Origin: Chrysomallon squamiferum
Lineage: Eukaryota; Animalia; Mollusca
Direction: 5' to 3'
Assembly (NCBI GenBank): GCA_012295275.1
Contig: CM022665.1
Span: 26,722,001-26,786,000 of the forward strand
Length of the DNA: 64,000 nucleotides
Part shown: positions 14,124 to 25,200 of the stretch, in pieces
How the letters are laid out: every line of letters starts with the position of its first letter
Numbering within the stretch: position 1 is the first letter of the stretch
Notes under the pieces: generated by a model
What the model was told of the DNA's origin: nothing
Databases searched by the model: none
What the model saw: only the letters and a program-made list of their open reading frames with translations
Program-made: the position numbers and the translations under genes

Positions 14124-16249
14124 TACACACACACACACACATAGATAGATAGATATATTACTTTCATTATACTGAATGTGTCCATCATTGTATAAAAGTA
14201 AGTAAGTGAATAATTATATAGTTGATGTAGGCCGGGAGGTTTGCCATGTTGAAAAAAGGAGATTAATAAAAATAATAATAATAATCTTTTGACATTAAAT
14301 ATTGAAAACAAATATTATTGTGTGGAATAAATGAATAGAAAGTCACATATTTCACTAATGTTAATTCAGCATCAAATGTAAACTGTTATGACAAAAATAT
14401 GGACACTTAAAGACGTTTACTGACATGAAACCAGCCACTTTTAGCAATTTCCTTTCTCATGTTGACACCATTAAACAATATTTTGTGAAAGAAGTAGTGC
14501 CAAAACAAAATATATAATTCTGATAATTTGTTTTTATAACAATCAGAAGTAACTGTTTTCTGAACTCAAGGGAAATAACTCATAAAACAGCTAGACTTGC
14601 CACTGTTCAAACTGAAACCCAAAATTGGTATTGCATAAAAATAAAAAACATTTTTTTATTTTAAATTTTTTAAAATACAAATGAAAGGCAGATGGCAACA
14701 ATCAGGGCAGGGCACAGGGCATGCCACCCTGTTATTTACTGCTAGCTATAACACTGATTTACACTTAATAAATGTACAAAACATAAAACATTTAACTTGA
14801 CAACTGTAATTTACTTTGAAATATTGACCAACCTGGAAACCTTTTGACTTTGCATAGCTCCAGAAATCATCATAGTGCTGTGTTTTCTCATTCACTGCAT
14901 CAAGAATAATGAATGGAAAGAAACCATTATCAATGGTCTTCTTAAAAGATTTCAGTAAGTTTTTTCTATAGGCTTTTTCCATTTCTGGTTCATACTCATA
15001 CTCCAAAACCTGACAGAAGAAAAAAACAAAATGTTATTCCTGATCTACACATTATTTTTTAGCATCACATTGCTGCACCTTAAATTCCATATCAAAGTAT
15101 TTTAATAAACGATAAATTTAAGACAGAAATTAAATATTTTCATCAGTAATATGTAGCAGTGAAACAAGAGAAAAAAGCTATAATGACAATAATAATAAAA
15201 TGAAAAAATTAACACAATAAAGAAACAAAATAAGGAAAATTGTTTACTCTTAAAATGATTTTTAGACTTAAGTAGCTTTGTTTTATAAACTGTTATCAAC
15301 TGGTTTCACAGTTTCGAAATTTGGTAAGTTTCTTTAATTAAAAATATTTCTAACAGATTTAATATTTATTTTCCAACAGAGTTAATCTGAATTTTCTCCA
15401 TTAGATGATACACACTTTTTTTGTTACCATTTTTTTGCTTTCTGGGTCCTTCTCCTTCTTTTCCACTTCCACCATGAAATAGTCATCAAGACATAGCATT
15501 CTAGGGGCACTACCACCATTGGCCAGTTCTTTGTCCTTTAACATGCAATAAGACAGTAAGTTTCCATTTTTAGTAAACCATAACAAAGACAGCAATTATA
15601 ACAACATGTGTAGAATACATGAAAACAGTTTCATTCAGATGAAAACAACTGTAACAAGTTCAATTTAAGATAACAAATGCTTCTTTTTTTTTTTTGATAA
15701 TTACAATACTAAATGTTTCATTCTGAGTTTCATGAATGGTTCTACACATCTAATCATTTTAATCCTGATAAATTTGATAAACTAATGTTTTACTGATACC
15801 AGATTCTACTCACTCTTATCAGTTTACTGACGTAAGTTTTCCCTACACCTGGCAGTCCTCTCAGTATGATGACAATTTGCTGTGGTCTGGACTTTCGGCC
15901 CGGGGAACACAAGAGATCTTCAACTTTGGCAGTTTCAATTTTTGGTTCAAACACAGGTTGTACTGGTTCTGGGAATCCATGAGGAGGAGTGCTTCTGACA
16001 GCTGGCCCGAAATCAGGCGTGTGTCTGGCCAATGGCATATTTCTTCCCACATCTTGCCAGGAATCCCTATATTTAAAACTAAAGTGATTGTTTTCTCAGT
16101 AAATTATGAAAGTCACTGCATCTGCCAACCCTGTCCTTATAAATGCACAGCTCAGTTTGAAACTACTTACCTGATGGGCTATTTCTCATTCCAGCCAGTG
16201 CACGACAGCTGATATAACAAAAGGTTAGGTATGTACTATCTTGCACAAT

Positions 16250-16293
<44 letters not shown>

Positions 16294-19200
16294 TTCTTTG
16301 CTGCTCATCCCTGGATACACAAACATATTAGATATCAAACACATGATTTTTCTATGATAACATGGGAGTTTTTGTGCACATCAAGTAACATACCAATATT
16401 TGCTACACTGAGGGGCAATGGCTGGAAAGGGAAATAGCCAAAAGATATATTTTTAATGACTGATCCTCTGACCCATAATTCTCAGACAAGAACTCTATCA
16501 CTAAGCTACAGGATGCTTTGGATTGTTTGGGGGGGTGGGGTTCTTCATTTTTTTGTTCTAAATGACCAAATGAATATTAAAGATCAAATTATTTTCTTTA
16601 GGTTTCTATAAAAATGCTGATTATCTCCAAAAACATATTACCAGCAAGTTAAATTTATGTCTAAGGGTACTGATAAATTAGAGGTCTTGATTTAAAACTC
16701 AATTTTCATTTTCATGTTTCTATGTAGATTAGTGATGGCAGATGCCAAAAACTGGATTATGTAGCTTTTCCTATAGTTATAACACAACTCACTGGTCTCT
16801 TTCAGTGTCTTCCCTTCTCCTGAAATCACCTCCCCTGACTGCATCTCTGTCCCTAACCGAATCCCGACTCCTTAGAGTGTCTCTGTCCCTGTCTCTATCT
16901 CTGTCTCTGTCCCTTTCTCTTTCTCTATCTCTGTCTCGTTCTCTGTCTCTTTCTCTGTCTCTTTCTCGGTCCCTGTCTCTTTCTCTATCTCTTTCCTTTT
17001 CACGTTCACTTCTGTCCCTCTCATACTGAGAATCTAAGAAAATAATGTTAAATTATGTTTAACTTTATAAAGAAAAAAAGAGAAGTAAATAAACTATTTG
17101 CCCAAATACATTAAAAAAAAATAATAATAATAATAACAAAAAGAATAAATTTCTTTAAAAGAAGAAAACAAAAGAAAATCATGGACTAATTTTAATTTTG
17201 CCAGTTTTATTGTATCTGAAATTGGAATTAATTATTCTCTGTTTCTGAAATGTTGTCTCTTATGATGTTGATTATACCCAATGAAAGCAACAAGGTTCAC
17301 AGAAAAAGAATTAGGAAAGATATATATATATACCTTTATTGTGTAGAACTGCAGCTGCCCTGTCATCAGGTTGTTGGCCATGTCCATAATCAATAACTGT
17401 CTGTGGACCTGTAAACACTGGCACATCTACAATGAGAACATATATCTTAATTAATGTATTCATTATTATTAAGCAATAATGGTGTAAATTATAAATATTT
17501 AAAAAACAAACAAACAAAAAAAAACAAAAAAAAAACAAGTTAATATTTCCCAAATAATAAAATAATGCAGGTTGAAACCAATATAAAATACCAAAACATA
17601 AGATTAAGTAACCATGGTCAATTCTATTAACAAAGAAAGGTATAAATCAAATTTTGTTTACAAAGTAATAATAATTTTAAATTAAGAAAAAAACCACATA
17701 AACACAATATAAATAAAATTAACACAGACAATCACACTAGTGGTTAAGATTATGAATTCTTTCTTTCGTTCTTTTAAATAAATAAATTAGATATTAAAAA
17801 AGATAAAAATTATAGTAAACAAACCTCTCTTAAAATCTGGATCTCTAGTAGGTTTGTGACCATAGTCAATGGATTCAGTGGGAACTAGAGGTCTGTCTAA
17901 CGTAGGACGTTCATATCTTTCAGGTGGCGGGCGATCAAAGCCCGGCCGATCAAGAATAGGTCTTGCATCTAGGTAATCAGGTCTATTGATTAAAGCACGA
18001 TCAATATCAGATCGATCTAAAATATGTGTTCGGTCAAAACCTGGTCGACCAAAGCTGAATCGATCGAACTGTGGATCTAAAGGATCCCAGCCAGGTCGAT
18101 CCACAAGTGGACGATCATATCTCAGTCTGTCTCTGTAAAGATTGTAGTCTCTACAAAAAAAAAAAAAAAAAAAAAATCCTTATAATAACATTCATACAAA
18201 ACAATGTAAAATAGTTATGTTGATGATGTGGCAAAAATAAAAAAAATTATTATTTTTTATGTTACAGAATTTAAACCTGTTACCATAAAAAATGAGTACT
18301 AGATTATTCTTTTATGACAAATGTTTACTTTTATTTCTGGCTTTTTTTAATGTTATAGTACCCCATTTCGTCAACAACTCCAACCCAAACAAATATATAT
18401 ATATATAGATCTTTCAAACTGCTGGGATTCAACATAGATATATGTTTCTATAAAATTAGAAAGAAATTAGTCTTTATTTACATACTTCAAAAGAAATAAT
18501 ACTTATAAAAAAAAAATAATATGTTTTTTGTTTGTATTTTGAAACAACAGACATTTGTATAAATGTTATGTGAAAAGATCAGATTTTCTTTCTATCATTT
18601 TGTATTGTTTGTTTCTAAATATATGTATTCCAAATTTGGAATCTCTAGCCCAAACAGTTTTCATGCAATATCTTCCCAAAACTGTTAGCACAGTTACCAC
18701 AGTATGAGAAAAGATATATGATGAAGAAAACAAATGAAGTTTTATAAACCACATTTCCACTTAATTTGTCTCCATGGCTGATGTTATGCATTATTATTGT
18801 GTTATCTGTGTATAGGTACTTTCTTTTGCAAAAAAACTAAAACATTTATCTGAAAAAGTAAATTTTTTATAAATATATTCTTAGTGGTTGTGTCTAAAAC
18901 TAAACAAAATTATTTTATTTATTTCCCCTTAAATCTCAGTTTGTCTTTTGAAAGGATAAAAAAAAAATAACAAAAAATAACAAAAAAATAACAAAATATA
19001 TTCAAGCAGATAATTTTAAAATAATACAGATTAATACCTAACTTTACCTCTGCAAATATCAGTTCTTACAAAAGAATAAAAAAAAACAAAAAACAATAAC
19101 ATAATAATAATAATACAAATATATTATCATAATATACTGTTATATAAAACAATACCAAACCATCTCTAAAATATTTTTAAAGTGAATACTTTAAACAGTA

Positions 19201-22200
19201 TCAAACCTGTCTCTTCTGAAAGGATCTGGTGCAAGTCTGTCATAGTCAAGAGGAGGTGGACGTCTGGGATAGAAAGGATCCACAGGGTCAGGATAATCCA
19301 GCCTGTCTAGAAATGGGTCTCTTGGTCTGTCATCCAGAGTGGGCAGATAAGGATCATGAAAACTACCAACTGGTTCTGAACCTTCTGGTCTATCAACACT
19401 ATCGGGCCCAGATGGTACATCAAATAGTCCTCGGCCTCTTTCTTGCCCTCTACCATGTTCAAAACTCTTCAAAAAATTATAAATAAAAGCTTGATAAAGG
19501 AACAGAAAATGTTTATGCAGCTGGAAATAATACTGGAACAAAAAAATCATCATGAGTTTACTAGTTCAGTATTTTAAATATTTGTTTAATCCTGCATGTT
19601 GTTATAAAAATTTAAAACATAAATAACAGCTTACAAAGGTTGTCTCTGAACAAATTTCTAACATCATCTTGTTAGCAGAATATTAGAATCTTAAAATCTT
19701 AATGACTATTTAAAACTGCTGAATGTGACAGACAAATTAAAATCTTACTTCTGTTCCAAAAGGTTTTTGTTCCTGTTTCCAAGTATCTTGATCTTTTGGC
19801 CATTTGTCTCTCTCAAATCTCATATCTTTATTAAAGCTTTCATCAGGTGGACCTTGAAGTCTATTCAAACCTTGTGTCTGAGGAAATCTAAATCCCTGAT
19901 TACCCAGAAATTCTCTCTGAAGTGGAGATGGTGTTTCTCTAGAAAAGGAGGCATGTCCAAGGAATGGGGCACTGTGTCCCATGCCACCTCCTGGACTCTG
20001 GTTAGGAAATTTATCTATTACTGGAGCTTCGGCTGGTATAGCTGATTTTTCACTCTGTGCCACAAATGCAAACATTTACATCATCAAAAGGCAAGAATTT
20101 GACAAGTTATAGGCTAAGAAATTTGAGATACAAAACTGCTTTGTAGTTATTTTACTAGGGGAATTATATCAAGAAAATATCTATTATATGAAATTAAGTC
20201 ATATTATTAAGTGAAGAATGAAGAACAATTTTTTAATATGCCTAAAATATTTTATGTCAAGGCTCATTAGGTGTGCAAAACACTGCTTATAATTTTCATC
20301 ATAAAAATATTTATTCCTGTATTTTATCTCTCTTTTACATCTAATAAAAAATGTAATTTGTGCCGAGGTATTTTCAAACATTCATTCATTTGTTGGTTTT
20401 CAAACAATTACTTTTGCTTATATCTATGGAATTTAATGAAATATTTTTAAGAAGAATGAGGCACAAGTTCCAGAATATTTAAATGTTACCAGAAAAGCAC
20501 AAATTATTGTAAAGTTTTAGCACAGAATATAAACAAAAAACAGATTATTTAACAGAATAAACAAACCGTATTCACTTCATACTGAACATCTTGAGCTAAA
20601 CGTTCTTTTTCCATCAACATTTTTTCCTCTGACTGCAGCAGGTCTTTTCTATCATCTGGATCTTCCATTGATTCAAATCTGTTCTTACGCACTGGTGGAA
20701 ATCCAATTTGTGGACTTCCTTCTGGACCACGCGGTTGTGAAAAACTATTTGGCCCTGGAGGACAATCTGACCTTGGGTTGGGAAACTGTGGCCCCACTGA
20801 GTGGCCAGGTCTTCCAGGTCCATGAAACTGATGTGGGCCTGGACCTCTTGGTCCATGATTAAGGTGTGGTTGAAAATCAGGTTCTTCTTCAACTCTTTCA
20901 GAAACAGCCTTAGAAATAACAATAAAATTGTTTAATTTATTCTGCAAAGAAATTTCTATACCTCACTCTAATACTGATTAATATACAATTCTTTTGAAAA
21001 CTAATGTAATAGAATATATATATATATATTAGAAAACCAGAATACTGTACTAACTGAAATACTTACTATATTACCATCATCTGATCTTGGTGGTGGAAAA
21101 TGCCCTCTTGGTTGACTGAAAAATTATTCCAAATAATATTTTTATTAAACTGAAACCACAATATAAAATGTTTTAACATAAACAATCAAGTGCCTACAAC
21201 CATATTCACAATAATATTTACAAATGTTTGTTTTTCTAAAGATTCAGTTTTTTTAATAGCACACTAATCACAAGCATTTACAAAAACAAAAAAAAAAACA
21301 TTTTGACTAAACAACAAAGGTTCCAATTTAAAAAAAAAAGTTATATTAATTTATAATAATGTACTAACAACTGATCTGGTCCTCTGAAGTGTGGAGGGCC
21401 TTCATTATTGGCACCAAAATGTCCACCCCGACCTCTTTCCCGGCCAGCAAAATTATCTTGGGGAGGCCTATCATCTGTGGATTTCCACACATCATCCTGA
21501 TTTCCCTCATCATCATTTTCCAATGAACCTAAACAAGCAATAGAAGGTGGCTTATCAAAGCGAATGTCTAATAATGAAATAGGGCTTTTTGCTGGTTGAT
21601 GTGGACCAGACATTCTATTTGCACCTCGCATCATTCCACGACCAACATGTTTATCAAATCCTCCTCTAGATGGCTTAAATTTTTTACCTCTTCCTCCTCT
21701 TTGTACTTTACGTTCTTTGGACTGAATGTTATTTTTACCTTTTTCTTCAGTGTCCATAGCACATTCATTGTTACGATCAGAATCGTTTGCAAACTTTCCC
21801 TGAAAGTTAGTTCCCTTATTAGGTACTTGCTGCATTCCTCTTTGACCAAACCTTGAACCTGAAGGTCTGCCTCTATCACCACGTTGTTTGTTCTTATTGG
21901 GAAATCTCTGGCGACCTGAAAATCTTGGACCTTGTGGTTCTTGAAATCGCGAGTCATGTGGTCCTTGGAACTGAGAATCCTGTGGTTCCTGAAACTGTTG
22001 ATCCTGTGGTCCTTGGAATTGTTCATCCTGTGGTTCTTTAAACCGTTGACTCTGTGGCCCTTGAAAGCGAGTACCAGGAGGACCTTGTGAACCAGGAAAC
22101 CTTCCACCCCTCTGACCTGGAAATCTTCCACCCCGCCCTCCCAAAAAATTGTGGTTAGGTGCCATGGAAGAATTTCCACCATATTCATCTTCAGGTAGCA

Positions 22201-25200
22201 TTTGTTTTTCTTCTGGTAAATACTTTTTATTTTCATTGATATAGTTATTACCACTTTCCACCTGTTCATTGTATCCCTCATTTTCATTGCCACAAAAACT
22301 CCTATTACCATGAAATCCTGGTGGTCTCTGAAACCTATTACCTTGAAATTCATTTGGATGAGAAAACCTTTGATTTCCATGTGGACCTCTACCTTGAAAC
22401 CTTGGCTGTGGCCCATCAAATCCTCTTGGACCACTGAAAGATGGAGGAGGACCTGCAAACCTGGGCTGTGGAGGAGGGAATCGCTCACCCTGAAATCCGG
22501 GATGGTTCAAATGTCCACCATAAGAATCCTGTGAATCTGAGAAATTAAATTGTTCTTTCCCAGGATTTATTTCTCTATAATCATCAGTACCATCTGCAGC
22601 TGTACCTATATTTTTACTTTGAGACAAAGAAGGTCGAGAACCAGACTGTCCTGGAATCTGACTTGGTGGAACAGGAAACTGTCCTGTTGGTCCTGCAAAT
22701 GATGGAGGAGGTCCTGAAAAGTCTCTGTGTTGTGCTGGAAAAAGTCCAGGTCCTTCCTGATTTATAAGTGAATCAGGACCTGACTGGTTTGGTTGACTAG
22801 GATATGCAGTAGGTGGCTGGCTAATGTATGGAGCACCACTTGGTTGACTTGAATGATCTCCAACTGCAGAAATTCTTGCAAGAATTTCTGATTTTCGTGT
22901 TTCTATACTACTTTTTCTTGTTTCCATCTCCTTCTCATAAAGCTGCCATTGTTGTTCATATTGTTTAAACTGATCTTTGTTTGGATGATCTGAAAAGAAA
23001 AACTCCACACATTAGCTGAATATAAATATCTCAAATCGTTACTCATCCAGTACTCTTTTGGTAGCCATATAGTGAAACCAACAATTCTAAAATCTACCAT
23101 ATATATCTGTGGCTGTTACAACAGTCTGAACATTAAAGGATAACCACTAACAGTCCAGTAAGCAGTTATGTTCTGAAACAAATTTCAAAAAAATTAGTAA
23201 ACAGAAATAGAAGCAGATTTCAAAAGATTTAAGCAAGGCCATAAAAGCATTGAATTTTTTTTTTTTTTTTTAGTGTTTTACTATTCATAATAAGGTGTAG
23301 TTAGATATCTAACAAGTACATTTTTTAACAACATTTATAAGTAGAATTTGTATTAGTTTATTTTGTTTATGAACCACAGGAATCAAAGCCTGATACACTA
23401 ATACACACAAAGAAAGGAAACCTCAGTTAGAGTTATTACCTTTATTTTGTTCTTTCCAAGAATCATACTGATTTTTCCACTGTTGATACTGATTACTAAA
23501 TTCTTTTTCTTCTGTCATAATTGCATCATATTCAGCAGATACTGAAATAAATCATGATCATAAATGCTTGTTGTTGTTTTTTTAAATATTTGCTATGGAA
23601 ACATTTCAATATTGATAAGATGAAGAATATCTGTAAATGTACTGAACTAATCTATAAAAAGTGCATATCTGTACAGTTATTCATAAACCATTTGCCAACA
23701 ATAATATCAGCAATTAAAGCTTAATAAATTGCCTCTGAAAAAACTAAAAATTGGAAAAAAATGTATTAGTTTGTTTTTACTGATGTCACTAATGTGTTAT
23801 CTGTTCCAGTTTGTAATAAATAACATTAATAATAAACCACTAATTCAAAATAAAACTGTGGTGACATACGAAGACTGTGAAGAGACATATATGTGGTTAT
23901 GGTATAGGAAAACCGAAAGATATGACATCACATAAAAATAATCAATTATATGAATACATGCTAGATTCATGTACATATATAGCTATACCTGTTTTTTCTA
24001 TACCAGAAGATGCTGGAAGCTGAGAAGAGGACCAAGCACTGGGCTGACCCTTTTGCTGAATTTGCTGCCATTGCTGTGCTTGTACCTTTAATTGTGCTAT
24101 CTTTTCATCTTCTTTATCACCCTTGGACCGACTTCCCTGAAATGGATAAAAGCTTGAATCTATTTTCTATGTTTAACAAAGTTTGTTATTGATTGTTTTT
24201 AAATAACTGACATTGTGATGCTTATAATTATAGGTTATAGTGCGATTTTTTCATTATGATTTTAGCTGAAGACAATGAATATAAGTATAACAGAATAAAA
24301 TGAAACGTCAGTATGCTTTATGAAATTAATACAAATGGAAAACTTTTGTAAAACTGTGTTAATGGTTTTGCAGAGTTCACATATTAATTTCACATAAAAG
24401 GGTAATAAAAATCAATTATAATCAACATATATAACAAAGGCCAAATATGTATAATAATTAATAACTAATTACATTAAATTCTGTTGTTTAATTAATATTG
24501 TTTTATATAAACTTTTATAATTAATAAAATGGAACGCCTGTGCAATGATAATTCACAAGCTATAAAGTATAATCATGTGATCCATTTAATGAAGTATCTG
24601 CAGGCTAGAAATAACATGCTTTCATAATAAGACAATCTGTTTTTTGATAGTACATTGTAGTAGGCAAGTTCAGGTCTGATAAGTCAGAAGTGACCAAACT
24701 GGTTTTCATTTTGCTGCATCACATTTAAATAATCACGATGGACAATAACGATTCAATATTATGCATATTTTATATATTAAAATGTGTACTTTACATCTTA
24801 AATAGTTAAGTGTCATAAGATGGTAATATAATGGTAAATAGCCTTGTTTAAAATAAAAAAATAATAAAATTGTATGACTTAAAAATAACATTTAGCTGTC
24901 AACTTATGAATGATTAAATATAGTAACCATAATAATTAAATGTACTTTTGATTTTATGTAAAATATGAACAATCAGAAAACATTTTGCTTACTTCGAAGT
25001 AACTGTTAATCAAATTATAAGAGTGGTATACATTAATGTAAGTATCTCTTCACTAAGTAAATCATTATAAAGATGCCAATTTTTTAATTTATCAGTGACT
25101 GTTTTTCGATTATATTTATATATGTAAAAGGGAAAATGTTGATCTCTCTGCACATTCATCAGTATTCTGTTATTTTACACTGAAACTCTGTTTGTAAAGC

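Noticed and set aside
16742-17029. Plus-strand (SL)n ORF
   Set aside because: Antisense shadow of the RD/RE exon of YLPM1.
21631-22488. 285-aa overlapping ORF in the +1 frame of YLPM1 exon 4
   Set aside because: Stops in the +1 frame need NTA/NTG (Leu/Ile/Val/Met) codons, which are scarce in this G/P/Q/R/F-rich exon. The frame starts at GTG and resembles nothing.
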